A stretch of 64,000 nucleotides of DNA from assembly GCF_003286125.1 (NCBI RefSeq), contig NZ_QMED01000002.1, positions 212,634 through 276,633 of the forward strand, written 5' to 3'. The notes beneath the pieces are model-generated. The model ran no database searches. It was not told the DNA's origin and saw only the letters and a program-made list of their open reading frames with translations. This document shows, in pieces, positions 48,713 to 59,525 of the stretch. Both the position numbers and the translations under genes were made by a program. The DNA is from Algibacillus agarilyticus (lineage in GTDB: Bacteria > Pseudomonadota > Gammaproteobacteria > Enterobacterales > Alteromonadaceae). Within the stretch, counting starts at the first letter, position 1. The number at the start of each line of letters is the position of its first letter.

Positions 48713-49897
48713 TTATTGGCACCAAAGTTTAGGATCAAGTGGTGTGCCTTGATGTCGTATTTCAAAATATAAACTCGGTGACGTTTGCCCACCTGATTGT
48801 CCAACCTCGGCGATCGCTTCTCCGGCCTCGACAATATCACCCACATCTTTTAATAACGACTGATTATGGCCATATAAACTCATATAACCTTTACCGTGAT
48901 CAATCACCAGCACCAAACCAAACCCTTTCATCCAATCAGCAAAAATGACTTGCCCAGCATGAATATTTTTAACATTCGCGCCTAATTTACCGTCAATCAT
49001 TAACCCTTTCCAACGGATTGGGCCGCGTTTTCGTTGACCAAAAACTTTATTAACCCGACCTGATGTTGGCCATTTTAATTTGCCTTTATAATTTTGTAAG
49101 CCTGACCATTCGGTTAAATCGGGAATGTTAGCTACGGCAGAAGCTAGTTGATCTAAAAGTTCATTCAGTGAGTTTTCACTTTCTTTTAAGCGTTTTAAAT
49201 TGGCTTGTTCTGTTTTTAATTTATTGCGCAGCTGCACCAAGCTCATTTTTTGTTGTTGTTTTAACGTGCTTAATTGCTGCTTGCTCTCGATCTGTTGCGC
49301 TAATAATTGGTTTAATTCATTTTTTTGTTCATACAACGCTTGCGCATTTTGCTCAATGGCTGTCACGGTTTGTTTTAATGAATCAACCGCTTTAATCCGT
49401 GCTTTATTGAAATATTGATAGTAAGTAAGCACTCTCTCTAACTTGGCGGGTGATTCTTGATTTAACAACATCATTAAATAATCATGTTGGCCAACCTGAT
49501 AAGCGCTTTTAATTTGCTTAGCCAATACCGTTAATTGCTGTTTTTTAACTTTTTCTAATTCGTTTTTTTGTTTATTTAATTGCACCAGATTATCTTGCAC
49601 GGTCTTTAATTTTTGCTGTGTTTGCTTTAATTGTCGTGCGGTTTTACCAATATTGACATCGGTTTTTTGAATAGCGACTTCGGTTTGGTTTTGTTTATTT
49701 TTGCCTTGGATGATCGCTTGGTTTTTATCTTTTATCTGCGTTTGAATGTCTTGTAATTTTTGTTTGGCTTCTAACTGTTGCTCTGTTTGCTGATCCGCTA
49801 ATGCGGTATTTATAAAGGCGAATGTAAAACACAAAAACGCAAAACAGCCAGCAAAAATGCTGGCTGTTTTATTGTTTACGCGTTTATGAGTTAACAA
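48713..49897 (-). CDS. envC: Murein hydrolase activator EnvC (coiled coil plus degenerate LytM/M23 domain)
   Basis: Gln-rich coiled coil then a C-terminal M23 fold (…GVDIKA..G..V.A…); synteny. Confidence 0.8.
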   Translation of the reverse strand: MLTHKRVNNKTASIFAGCFAFLCFTFAFINTALADQQTEQQLEAKQKLQDIQTQIKDKNQAIIQGKNKQNQTEVAIQKTDVNIGKTARQLKQTQQKLKTVQDNLVQLNKQKNELEKVKKQQLTVLAKQIKSAYQVGQHDYLMMLLNQESPAKLERVLTYYQYFNKARIKAVDSLKQTVTAIEQNAQALYEQKNELNQLLAQQIESKQQLSTLKQQQKMSLVQLRNKLKTEQANLKRLKESENSLNELLDQLASAVANIPDLTEWSGLQNYKGKLKWPTSGRVNKVFGQRKRGPIRWKGLMIDGKLGANVKNIHAGQVIFADWMKGFGLVLVIDHGKGYMSLYGHNQSLLKDVGDIVEAGEAIAEVGQSGGQTSPSLYFEIRHQGTPLDPKLWCQ

Positions 49898-49905
49898 GAT
49901 GCAGA

Positions 49906-51450
49906 CTAAACCAATTTCATAATTGATTTACCCGTCATTTCTGCAGGTTGTTCCATACCCATTAAATAAAGCATTGTCGGCGCAACATCACTTAATTTAC
50001 CTTCTTTTGTCGCAACTTCAGCATTTCGACCATAATAAATAAACGGTACCGGTTCGCTGGTATGTGCAGTATGGTTTTGACCGGTATTAGCATCAGCCAT
50101 TTGCTCTGCGTTACCGTGATCAGCTGTAATTAAACATTCGCCGCCCACCTCATCTAACGCTTCAACCACACGACCAATGGCAACATCAACGGCTTCACAT
50201 GCTTTAACCGCTGCTTCAAATACACCGGTGTGCCCTACCATATCACCATTTGGATAATTACAAATAATGGCATCAAACTCTTGGCTACGAATAGCCGCAC
50301 ATAATTTATCGGTTAATAGTACCGAGTTCATTTCAGGCTGTAAGTCATAGGTTGCAACTTGTGGCGATGGGATCAATTCACGAGATTCACCATCATATAA
50401 GTCTTCACGACCACCACTAAAGAAAAACGTCACGTGAGCATACTTTTCAGTTTCGGAGATACGTAATTGCGTTTTACCTTTTTGAGCCAACCAATCAGGG
50501 AATGTATTAGCTAAATCTTCTGGAGGGTAAGCTGAAGGCGCATCAATATCGGCCGCATATTGTGTCATCATAACAAATTCACTTAACGCCGGTACTTTTT
50601 GACGCTCAAAGCCATCAAAATCAGCATCAGTAAAAGCACGTGTAATTTCACGCGCTCTATCCGCACGAAAGTTAACAAAAATAAGCGTGTCGCCATCATT
50701 AATCGTCGCGGCTTTACCATCTTCACCTGTAATCGTGGTTGCAGGCATAAATTCATCATTTTTATCATCTGCATAAGCGGCTTCTAATGCTTCTAATGCC
50801 GTCGTGGTTGTATTTAAACATTTACCTTCGGTCATTAATTCATAAGATGCTTGTACACGATCCCAACGGTTATCACGATCCATTGCATAATAACGACCAA
50901 TTACACTCGCAATACGGCCATTGCCGGTTTCAGCGAATTTTGCATCAATTTTTTTAATTGGGTTTTCGGCACTGCGTGGTGGTGTATCGCGACCATCTAA
51001 AAAGGCATGCACATAAACTTCTTTAGCGCCTCTAGCCGTTGCTAACTCAATAGCCGCAACCAAATGACTATCATGGCTATGCACACCACCGGGTGATAAT
51101 AAGCCCATTAAATGCACCGCTTTATTTTGGCTAACTGCTTTATCAATCGCGCTAACTAAATTGGGGTTTTCGAAAAACGTACCATCTTGGATATCTTTTG
51201 TAATACGGGTGAAATCTTGATAAACAATGCGACCCGCACCTAAATTGACATGGCCAACTTCACTATTACCCATTTGGCCATCGGGTAAACCAACGTCCAT
51301 ACCTGAACCAGAAATAAGCGTGCTTGGCTTAGTTGCCCAAAGATTATCTAAAACGGGCGTATTCGCATGATGTATCGCATTAGATTCGGTTGATTCTGAA
51401 TAGCCCCAGCCATCCATAATAATTAGTACTAGTGGTTTTTTAGCCGCCAT
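49906..51450 (-). CDS. gpmI: 2,3-bisphosphoglycerate-independent phosphoglycerate mutase
   Basis: Full-length iPGM pattern ([29 protein letters not shown]). Confidence 0.95.
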   Translation of the reverse strand: MAAKKPLVLIIMDGWGYSESTESNAIHHANTPVLDNLWATKPSTLISGSGMDVGLPDGQMGNSEVGHVNLGAGRIVYQDFTRITKDIQDGTFFENPNLVSAIDKAVSQNKAVHLMGLLSPGGVHSHDSHLVAAIELATARGAKEVYVHAFLDGRDTPPRSAENPIKKIDAKFAETGNGRIASVIGRYYAMDRDNRWDRVQASYELMTEGKCLNTTTTALEALEAAYADDKNDEFMPATTITGEDGKAATINDGDTLIFVNFRADRAREITRAFTDADFDGFERQKVPALSEFVMMTQYAADIDAPSAYPPEDLANTFPDWLAQKGKTQLRISETEKYAHVTFFFSGGREDLYDGESRELIPSPQVATYDLQPEMNSVLLTDKLCAAIRSQEFDAIICNYPNGDMVGHTGVFEAAVKACEAVDVAIGRVVEALDEVGGECLITADHGNAEQMADANTGQNHTAHTSEPVPFIYYGRNAEVATKEGKLSDVAPTMLYLMGMEQPAEMTGKSIMKLV

Positions 51451-51991
51451 AATTTTTTCCTCAGTGTGAGCTTTAAAAGACTCTAATCGTGACGTATTAA
51501 AGATATTGCGCTAGAAACGATTACAGTATTTTTGAATTGGATATTATTTTTTCATCAATTCTACATGATTTATCAGCAAACTACTCATAAGCAAGATTTA
51601 TGTTATATAACGTCTTGATGAATACTCAAGCCGATGTTTAGCTTAAACAGCGTAATTTAACTCAACTCTGGTTAAGGTCGATAATAAAACATTAGTTATT
51701 ACTTGTTTTTCAAATACTTAAGAATATAAGCAACATAAATAAATGGCCATTTAACGTTTTAGTGATAAATTTTCGACTCGGCTTAGACTCGTTTTGGTGT
51801 TAATAGCAGGCGTGTTGCAAGTAAACTTAACGCCAGCTTAAGTAAAAAGCACCATTAAAAATAAATTTTTTAGCCAAAGTTAAGGTTAATGGTTAAACCG
51901 TGAACAACAAAAAACCCAATTACGCATTATTCGCATGTTTAAAGAGTCCATGTATAATGCGTTCCAAAATGCTTATTAGGAACTTATTTTA

Positions 51992-52420
51992 GTGGAACAA
52001 TATATCGAATTTATCGGCAACAACCCTATTTTATCTGGTATTTGGCTAGTTTTATTTTTTGCTATTACTTATCATTTCTTTCAAGCCAAACTTTCGGCTT
52101 TTAAGCGCGTTAATAATAGTCAATTAACCCAATTAGTTAATAAAGAAGACGCGATTGTCGTCGATGTTCGCGCCAAAGACGATTATAAAAAAGGTCATAT
52201 CGCGGGCGCTAAAAATCTTTTATTATCGCAAATTGACCAAGGTGAAATTGGGACGCTTGAAAAACAAAAAGATACCCCCATAATTTTAGTTTGCACAGCC
52301 GGGCTTTCTGCCTCTAAAGGCGCTAACAAGCTCGTTAAAGAAGGCTTTAACCAAGTTTATTTGCTCGAAGGCGGAATGAATAGCTGGACAGGTGCGAATT
52401 TACCCTTAGTAAAATCATAA
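51992..52420 (+). CDS. yibN: Rhodanese-domain protein YibN-like
   Basis: N-terminal TM plus a rhodanese domain with active-site Cys (LVCTAG); yibN-grxC-secB-gpsA synteny. Confidence 0.8.
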   Translation: MEQYIEFIGNNPILSGIWLVLFFAITYHFFQAKLSAFKRVNNSQLTQLVNKEDAIVVDVRAKDDYKKGHIAGAKNLLLSQIDQGEIGTLEKQKDTPIILVCTAGLSASKGANKLVKEGFNQVYLLEGGMNSWTGANLPLVKS

Positions 52421-52431
52421 AAGAGAAATAC

Positions 52432-52689
52432 ATGGCCAACATTATTGTTTACACCAAAGCGTATTGCCCATTTTGTACTCATGCTAAGTCACTTTTAAAC
52501 AGTAAAGGTGCTGAGTTTACCGAAATCAATATTGGTGGCGATGCGGCACTACGCGATGAAATGATCGCTAAAAGTGGTGGTGGATACACAGTGCCACAAA
52601 TTTTCATTAACGATATGCATATAGGTGGATGTGATGACTTGGTGGCATTTAATGCTCAAGGTAAATTAGATCCCTTACTACAAGACTAA
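52432..52689 (+). CDS. grxC: Glutaredoxin 3
   Basis: CPFC active site, 85 aa, GG..DL motif. Confidence 0.9.
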   Translation: MANIIVYTKAYCPFCTHAKSLLNSKGAEFTEINIGGDAALRDEMIAKSGGGYTVPQIFINDMHIGGCDDLVAFNAQGKLDPLLQD

Positions 52690-52707
52690 CAACAAGGTAT
52701 AAAAACA

Positions 52708-53217
52708 ATGACAGATCAAGCTCCAGCTGCAGGCGAAGCAACAGAAAACACAGCACCACAATTTAATATTTCTCGCATTTATGTACGTGACATCTCGTTT
52801 GAATCACCTAATGCACCGGGGATTTTTACTAACGAATGGACACCTGAAGTTAATTTAGATTTAGATACTAAAAGCAATAAATTAGCTGAAGACACTTATG
52901 AAGTTATTTTATCAGTAACCGTGACAGCAAAAGTAGGTGATAAAACTGCATTTTTAGCTGAAGTTCAACAAGCAGGTATTTTCAACGCCGTTAACTTTAG
53001 TGAGCAAGCATTAGCACATTGTTTAGGTTCTAATTGTCCAAATATTTTATTCCCTTATGCACGCGAAGCCATTGCTAACTTAGTTAATCGCGGTACTTTC
53101 CCTGTATTAAATTTAGCGCCAGTAAACTTTGATGCAATGTTTGCACAATTTATTCAACAAAAAGCAGCTGAAATTCAGCAAGCTGAAGCTGAAAAACCAG
53201 AGCAATTGGATTCTTAA
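52708..53217 (+). CDS. secB: Protein-export chaperone SecB
   Basis: [17 protein letters not shown]...; acidic C-terminus; synteny. Confidence 0.9.
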   Translation: MTDQAPAAGEATENTAPQFNISRIYVRDISFESPNAPGIFTNEWTPEVNLDLDTKSNKLAEDTYEVILSVTVTAKVGDKTAFLAEVQQAGIFNAVNFSEQALAHCLGSNCPNILFPYAREAIANLVNRGTFPVLNLAPVNFDAMFAQFIQQKAAEIQQAEAEKPEQLDS

Positions 53218-54225
53218 ATGCAAAATTCAGAGTTTGATGTTGTTGTATTAGGCGCCGGTTCATATGGGACTGCGCTCGCTTTATGCATGGCCCGAACAGG
53301 TAAAAATGTTTTAATGTGGGGACGCAACAAAGAGCATATTGCGGCGATCACAACGTCAAATGAAAATGCGCGTTATTTACCTGGCACCCAATTTCCAGAT
53401 AATTTATCGGTCACCGACGATTTAAATAAAGCGGTAAAACAAAGCCGCAATATTTTAGTCGTTGTGCCGAGCCACGCATTTGCTGAAACATTAGATTTAA
53501 TAAAACCAGACTTACGCGACGATGTTCGTTTAGCTTGGGCAACAAAAGGTTTAGAACCTGATACCGGTCGTTTATTACAAGATGTAGCGCGTGAAAAATT
53601 AGGCCCAGATGTCGCCTTAGCGGTTATTTCAGGTCCGACTTTTGCAAAAGAAATGGCCGTAGGTATGCCAACTGCCATTTCGGTTTCGTCGACAGATAAC
53701 GAATTCACTCAAGTCATTTCAAATTTACTCCATTGCGAAAAGCGCTTTAGAGTTTATAAAAACAATGACTTTATTGGTGTTCAAATGGGCGGCGCCGTTA
53801 AAAATGTGATCGCCATTGGTGCTGGTATGGCCGATGGTATCGGTTTTGGCGCTAACGCACGTACTGCATTAATTACACGTGGTTTAACTGAGCTTTGTCG
53901 TTTAGGGGCTGCGCTTGGCGCTGAACAATCAACCTTTATGGGCATGGCCGGTTTAGGCGACTTAGTATTAACCTGCACCGATAACCAATCACGTAATCGC
54001 CGCTTTGGTTTAGCGCTCGGTCAAGGTAAAACCGTTGACGAAGCCATGACATCAATCGGCCAAGTGGTTGAAGGGTATAGAAACACAAAAGAAGTCCATG
54101 TGTTAGCCCAACGCTATGATGTTGAAATGCCGATTACAGAACAAATATTTAACGTTCTGTATAAAGGAAAAGCCCCACAAGAAGCCGCATTAGCACTCCT
54201 CAGCCGAGAGCCTAAATTTGAATAA
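53218..54225 (+). CDS. gpsA: Glycerol-3-phosphate dehydrogenase [NAD(P)+]
   Basis: [12 protein letters not shown] Rossmann motif and full-length GpsA pattern. Confidence 0.95.
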   Translation: MQNSEFDVVVLGAGSYGTALALCMARTGKNVLMWGRNKEHIAAITTSNENARYLPGTQFPDNLSVTDDLNKAVKQSRNILVVVPSHAFAETLDLIKPDLRDDVRLAWATKGLEPDTGRLLQDVAREKLGPDVALAVISGPTFAKEMAVGMPTAISVSSTDNEFTQVISNLLHCEKRFRVYKNNDFIGVQMGGAVKNVIAIGAGMADGIGFGANARTALITRGLTELCRLGAALGAEQSTFMGMAGLGDLVLTCTDNQSRNRRFGLALGQGKTVDEAMTSIGQVVEGYRNTKEVHVLAQRYDVEMPITEQIFNVLYKGKAPQEAALALLSREPKFE

Positions 54226-54246
54226 TTGCGTTTAAGCATTCATATC

Positions 54247-54277
54247 AAAAAAGGCGTTTTTATTAACGCCTTTTTTA
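54247..54277. terminator. Rho-independent terminator after gpsA
   Basis: AAAAAAGGCGTT-TTTATT-AACGCCTTTTTT. Confidence 0.65.
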
Positions 54278-54370
54278 TTGCCCAATTTAAAATATTTGGT
54301 GTGAATAACGGCTGAAGCTAAACATCAACGACACATTAAGTTAAACTCTGGGTAATTGTATTAATCAGAG

Positions 54371-55201
54371 TTGCACATGCTAGGCCATATCAAAAAATTA
54401 ACCGCCCAACTGGATCCAAACACGCATCAAATCACTTATCAATTGCCGTTAGACGAGCAAAAATTAGAATTAAACCCGTATATCGGTAAAACACTCTCGA
54501 TGCACTTTACGGGACAAATTAGCTGCAGTAACTGTGGAAAAAAAACGAAAAAGAGCTTCTCGCAAGGTTTTTGCTTTCCTTGTATGCGTAAAATCGCGTC
54601 TTGCGATATGTGCATAATGAAACCTGAAACCTGTCATTACGATCAAGGCACGTGCCGTGAACCTGAGTGGGGCGAAGCCAATTGCATGATCCCACATTAT
54701 GTCTATTTATCGAATACGTCAGGCTTAAAAGTCGGTATCACTCGGCATACACAAGTACCAACCCGCTGGATAGACCAAGGCGCAACACAAGCCTTATTAT
54801 TGTATCAAGTCAATACACGCCAATTATCAGGTTTAATTGAAGTCGCATTAGGCGAGTTTATTGCCGACAAAACCAATTGGCGCGCGATGCTTAAAGGCAA
54901 TAATGATAACCTCGATTTAAAAGCCGTTGCCGCAGAGCTTAAACCCAAAATACAAGAAAGAATGAACGAATTAACCGCACTTTACGGCTCAGAAGCCATA
55001 ACAGAATTAGAGGGTGATATTTGGCATTTAGACTTTCCGGTTAGCGAGTTTCCAACCAAAGTCACCTCGTTTAATTTTGATAAAACGCCGGATGTCTCAG
55101 GCATACTTAAAGGCATTAAAGGTCAATATTTAATATTTGATACTGGGGTGATCAATATGCGTAAATTTTCATCGTATCAAATTGAAGTATCTCCTGTTTA
55201 A
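54371..55201 (+). CDS. Conserved hypothetical Cys-rich (zinc-ribbon) protein, DUF2797-like
   Basis: CSNCGKK...CFPC...CDMC...C Cys cluster; family assignment from memory; TTG start per the ORF track. Confidence 0.45.
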   Translation: MHMLGHIKKLTAQLDPNTHQITYQLPLDEQKLELNPYIGKTLSMHFTGQISCSNCGKKTKKSFSQGFCFPCMRKIASCDMCIMKPETCHYDQGTCREPEWGEANCMIPHYVYLSNTSGLKVGITRHTQVPTRWIDQGATQALLLYQVNTRQLSGLIEVALGEFIADKTNWRAMLKGNNDNLDLKAVAAELKPKIQERMNELTALYGSEAITELEGDIWHLDFPVSEFPTKVTSFNFDKTPDVSGILKGIKGQYLIFDTGVINMRKFSSYQIEVSPV

Positions 55202-55248
55202 TCTGTTTAATCTGTTTAATCTGTTTAATCTGTTTAATCTGTTTAATG
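55195..55248. repeat. 9-bp tandem repeat TGTTTAATC x6 forming the entire spacer between two genes
   Basis: Read directly; the first unit contains the upstream stop codon and the last unit contains the downstream ATG. Confidence 0.85.
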
Positions 55249-56145
55249 AGCGAATCGACCATGTTAACCGTCACGGCACTTTATATTTACCCGGTTAAAT
55301 CGCTGGGTGGCATAAAACTTAATTCAGCAAAACTAACCGTTCAAGGTTTAGCCTATGATCGACGGTGGATGGTGATTGATCATCAAGGTTGTTTTGTTAC
55401 CCAAAGAACACTCGCGCAGATGGCATTAATTGAGGTTGATATAAATGACGAATATCTCATTTTATCGGCCAGTGGATATGAAGATTTTAAAGTACCACTC
55501 ACTAAATCATTCTCACCTACCGACAACGTGAATACCGAAGTTTGGCGTGACAAGGTTATAGGGTTCAACGAGGGCTTTGAAGCCGAAGAATGGTTAACGC
55601 GAGTTCTTGGCTTATATCACGGTCATCCTCTTCGCCTTGTACGTTTTGCTGATAATCAGATTCGACAAGTCGATAAAAATTATTTACCTAAACCCAATTC
55701 AACTCATAACTTAAATACACAAGCCAGCCATACTGCCTATGCTGATGGTTTTCCTTTTTTATTAACCAATACCATGTCGCTTACCGCGCTTAACCACCAA
55801 TTAACACAGCAAGGTAAACAAGCGGTTAGCATGTCGCGCTTTCGCAGTAATATTGTGGTTAAGGGATTGGAGGCTTGGCAAGAAAATACAGTTACAACAC
55901 TCGTATCAGAGTCAGCAGATGAACAACGATGGCAATTTGAATTGTGCAAACCATGCGAGCGCTGCCCAATAACTAAAATAGACCCGTTCACCGCACAAGT
56001 CCCTGATAAGTTAGAACCTTTAAAAACATTAGCCGCGATGGATACACACGTACCGTTAACCGGTGCGTACTTTGGCCAGAATGCGGTTTTGTCAGTGGGT
56101 GAAAGTGCCGTGATTTCGGTGGGCGATAAATTTACGTTTAGTTAA
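55246..56145 (+). CDS. MOSC-domain protein (YcbX-like)
   Basis: N-terminal MOSC beta-barrel (LYIYPVKSLGG) and MOSC domain with conserved Cys (CERCPITKID). Confidence 0.8.
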   Translation: MSESTMLTVTALYIYPVKSLGGIKLNSAKLTVQGLAYDRRWMVIDHQGCFVTQRTLAQMALIEVDINDEYLILSASGYEDFKVPLTKSFSPTDNVNTEVWRDKVIGFNEGFEAEEWLTRVLGLYHGHPLRLVRFADNQIRQVDKNYLPKPNSTHNLNTQASHTAYADGFPFLLTNTMSLTALNHQLTQQGKQAVSMSRFRSNIVVKGLEAWQENTVTTLVSESADEQRWQFELCKPCERCPITKIDPFTAQVPDKLEPLKTLAAMDTHVPLTGAYFGQNAVLSVGESAVISVGDKFTFS

Positions 56146-56203
56146 ACGCATTGTGCGTAACAGGATGGGATAAAGAACCATGAAAATGCCGATCAAGCAA
56201 AAA

Positions 56204-56429
56204 TATAGTCAAAGCGATCGGGTTTTAGGGGCAGGTTTCTCGTTCCAGACGAAACCGAAGTACTTACATCCATGATAAGCAAAGCCGTCAAGCTTCGAGA
56301 CCCCATGAGCATATGCTCTATTATGTGATTGGAGCCGCCTAAATGGATTTAGGTGTTAGAACGACGCAGGAGCCAAAGTCGAGAGTAAGCGCTGACAATG
56401 AACCATAAAACCTGAGCGAGAAGACTATA
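56204..56429 (-). repeat. Copy 3 of the modular repeat element (226 bp, inverted orientation, carries an extra about 50-bp hairpin module)
   Basis: Reverse-complement match to copies 1 and 2, including the TATAGTC/GACTATA termini. Confidence 0.75.
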
Positions 56430-56496
56430 GAATACATGGCAGTTATGCGATTAGTTAATGCTAACTGCCACCTATTTCTTAACACTAAAACGAGTA

Positions 56497-56841
56497 TTAA
56501 ACGCTGAAGCTAGCGCCACATCCGCAAGTCGTTGTCGCATTAGGATTGTTTATAAAGAAGCGAGAACCTTCTAAACCTTCCATATAATCCACTTCGCTAT
56601 TAACCAGATATTGTAAACTCATCGGGTCAACCACAAGGCTGACACCTTGCTTTTCTATTTCGGTATCACCTTCATTTACTTTTTCATCAAATGTAAAGCC
56701 ATACGAAAAACCTGAACAGCCGCCGCCCGTAATATACACACGAAGCTTAAGATTAGGGTTCTCTTCTTCAGCAACCAGTGTTTTTACTTTTTCAGCTGCT
56801 TTATCTGTAAATTGAATGGGTAAATCATTCATAGACAACAC
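56497..56841 (-). CDS. erpA: Iron-sulfur cluster insertion protein ErpA (HesB/IscA family)
   Basis: C-terminal CGCGASF; 114 aa; adjacent to clcA and hemL as in E. coli. Confidence 0.9.
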   Translation of the reverse strand: MLSMNDLPIQFTDKAAEKVKTLVAEEENPNLKLRVYITGGGCSGFSYGFTFDEKVNEGDTEIEKQGVSLVVDPMSLQYLVNSEVDYMEGLEGSRFFINNPNATTTCGCGASFSV

Positions 56842-56906
56842 CTACTTATAAATAATAAAAACTAATTATCTAATACCTGACTAAATCAGTCAATTATTCG
56901 ATTGAT

Positions 56907-57653
56907 TTATTCAATATGCTGAACCCCAGGCGACCAAACAAAGTCAGTTTCTAGGCGACTTTCTTTTTGCCAACGCGTTTTAGGCACAATAACAGATAAA
57001 AACACGCGCTCGGCTTGAAAATCGGCACTTAACACAAATTCACCTTCTAACACTTGAAAGTATCTAAAATTAAATTTTGTTGAGGTTAAATCAGTTGAGG
57101 TTAAGTCACTTATATCAATTTCTTTAATTTGCCCGGCTTCTTGGCCCGCTATTTTTAATTTAACATAGCCTTTAGCATGACTTTTTTGCTTACGCGTTTG
57201 AACCAAGACAATTTTATAGCGAAAACGATTTTCGTTTAAGGTTGGCTCAATAATAAAGTTTTCGAGCACCACGCCTTCTGCATGCATCTCGGGGGCCATC
57301 ACATTTTGATAAAAAGTGATCTCTTTTTTAAGCTCAGTGTAACTTCGTTGCACTTGTAATAAATCAGCTTGCACTTGTTTAATCGCGGCTTTTTCAACTT
57401 CTAATTCCACCCGCACATAATTTAACTCTTGCTTGGCACTGGCTAGCTCAACTTCTCGCTGGGTAAGCAAATCAATATAATGGGTATTTTTATCTTGAAG
57501 CTCGGCTTGCTGACGTTGCGATATGTGATAACCCAAAACGCCAACAAGAATAAGCATGGCGATGCCAAATACCCCCGTATAAAAAGCCGTTAAATTATGC
57601 CAAATAATCTCTAAATTGTTATAAATTTTTTTATTAGATGATTTATTATCCAA
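56907..57653 (-). CDS. Hypothetical membrane-anchored coiled-coil protein
   Basis: N-terminal TM (LTAFYTGVFGIAMLILVGVLGY), coiled coil, internal DLTSTDLTST duplication. Confidence 0.5.
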   Translation of the reverse strand: MDNKSSNKKIYNNLEIIWHNLTAFYTGVFGIAMLILVGVLGYHISQRQQAELQDKNTHYIDLLTQREVELASAKQELNYVRVELEVEKAAIKQVQADLLQVQRSYTELKKEITFYQNVMAPEMHAEGVVLENFIIEPTLNENRFRYKIVLVQTRKQKSHAKGYVKLKIAGQEAGQIKEIDISDLTSTDLTSTKFNFRYFQVLEGEFVLSADFQAERVFLSVIVPKTRWQKESRLETDFVWSPGVQHIE

Positions 57654-57738
57654 GATATTAATTCTCTTTATTTTTATTATGGTACACTGCTTTTAAGCAC
57701 GGAACGGCCATCAAACAGAAGATTAAGTATTCAGCGTA

Positions 57739-59421
57739 ATGCAATTATCTAAACTGCGACACCAACTCGCAATTCCTAGAACATCGATACAACTCAGTCT
57801 ATTAGGCCTGTTTGGCGGCATATGTGCTGCATTATTGATTATCGCGTTTCGTTGGTCTATCGAAAACATTCAACTGCTTTACCTCGAAAAAGAAGATGAT
57901 TTTACCACCCTTCCCGCTTTTATGCGCTTTTGTTTACCCTTAATTGGCGTTGCTTGCATTTTACTCATTGCCAAAATAACTAAATTCAAAGTCGCCCGTA
58001 CTGGCATTCCTTTTGTGATTTATCGCATGAAAAGCTTCTACGGCATGATGCCATTAAAAAATACGTTAAATCAATTTTTTGCGGGAATAGCCGCATTATC
58101 AACGGGGTTTTCTGTGGGGCGAGAAGGCCCAAGTGTGCATTTAGGGGCAGCAGGTACCAGTTTTATTGGTAGTTGGTTAAAGCTACCTTACAACGCCGTT
58201 AAAACATTAAGTGCGTGTGGCATTGCCGCCGGTATTGCGGCGTCATTTAACACGCCATTAGCTGCTGTCATTTTTGTTATGGAAGTGGTGGTGCGAGAAT
58301 ATAAAACCCATGTTTTTATTCCCGTTATGTTAGCGTCGGTCGCGGGAGCGATTTTAACCCAAGCCGTATTTGGCGATGATCAAGCATTAGTCGGTTTAAA
58401 CATTACTCAACTGGGTATAATTCATTACCCTTATTTAGTTTTTATGGGCATAGTGATCGCGGCATTTGCGTTTGCTTTTAATCGCCAATTATTAGAAATA
58501 CTCCGTTCTTTTAAACCCTTCAAAATGGCACCTCGTTTAATATTAGCCGGCTTAATAACCGGTTGTATTGGCTATTTAGTGCCTGAAGCATTGGGCTCAG
58601 GTTTCAGTGCAATATCGTTTACCCAAGCAGCATCCGATAATGCGAATTTGCTCATGATCGTATTTGTTACCAAGGCCATTTTAACGTTTTTTGCCATTGG
58701 CTTGGGTGTGCCCGGTGGCGTTATCGGCCCTATTTTAGGGTTGGGTATGTTACTTGGCACACTATTAGCCATTATGGGGTCAGCATTAATTGGTAATATG
58801 CATGAATACGTCGATATTTATGGTGTTCTCGGCTTAGCCGGTTTAATGGCTGCCACATTAGGTGCGCCATTGGCCGCTTTAGTTACCGTACTCGAATTAA
58901 CACAATCACCCGATGTGATTGTGCCCGCGATGCTGGTTATCGTAACCGCTCATGTTGTTGCGGTTCAATATTTTAAAAACAGATCCATCTTTTTGCTGCA
59001 GCTTGAATTCCAAAAGCTTGAGTATCAAAATCCCCCCGCGTTTGAAGCCTTACAAAAAGTAGGCATTTTAGCCGATATGAATACCAACTTTGTTTTAGTT
59101 ACGTCTTGCGACGATGACGTTTTACGCCAAGCGCTCGACAATGCAGGCAATCGGCCCGTTATTTTACGTAAAAGCATCGGCCTTGATGCAAGCTTCTATC
59201 TTGTTCATTACAACGTGAGTTTAGATCCCAATGCGGAGTCACCTTTTGATTTAGAGATGATCCAAGGTGTTGATTCACGTTATACCCTCGCCGAACCTTT
59301 TGATATTTTAAAAGATAAACGGGGTGGTTCTATTTATGTATTTGAAGAGCAATTAGATAATATTGTCGGTGTAATGAGTTGGGACGAAGTGCGAGCGCGC
59401 TTAATTAAAGGCACATTGTAG
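57739..59421 (+). CDS. clcA: ClC-family chloride channel / H+-Cl- antiporter with a C-terminal cytoplasmic domain
   Basis: GREGP selectivity motif (SVGREGPSVHLGA), GIPGG-like motif (GVPGGVIGP), multi-TM; 560 aa. Confidence 0.85.
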   Translation: MQLSKLRHQLAIPRTSIQLSLLGLFGGICAALLIIAFRWSIENIQLLYLEKEDDFTTLPAFMRFCLPLIGVACILLIAKITKFKVARTGIPFVIYRMKSFYGMMPLKNTLNQFFAGIAALSTGFSVGREGPSVHLGAAGTSFIGSWLKLPYNAVKTLSACGIAAGIAASFNTPLAAVIFVMEVVVREYKTHVFIPVMLASVAGAILTQAVFGDDQALVGLNITQLGIIHYPYLVFMGIVIAAFAFAFNRQLLEILRSFKPFKMAPRLILAGLITGCIGYLVPEALGSGFSAISFTQAASDNANLLMIVFVTKAILTFFAIGLGVPGGVIGPILGLGMLLGTLLAIMGSALIGNMHEYVDIYGVLGLAGLMAATLGAPLAALVTVLELTQSPDVIVPAMLVIVTAHVVAVQYFKNRSIFLLQLEFQKLEYQNPPAFEALQKVGILADMNTNFVLVTSCDDDVLRQALDNAGNRPVILRKSIGLDASFYLVHYNVSLDPNAESPFDLEMIQGVDSRYTLAEPFDILKDKRGGSIYVFEEQLDNIVGVMSWDEVRARLIKGTL

Positions 59422-59525
59422 TAACCCTAAAAAAATGAAACACGAATGAGCATAAGATTCAATTATCTAAACCATGCCACGTGAACTCTTTATACCAACT
59501 AATAACCCATTTATAGGTAAAAAAC

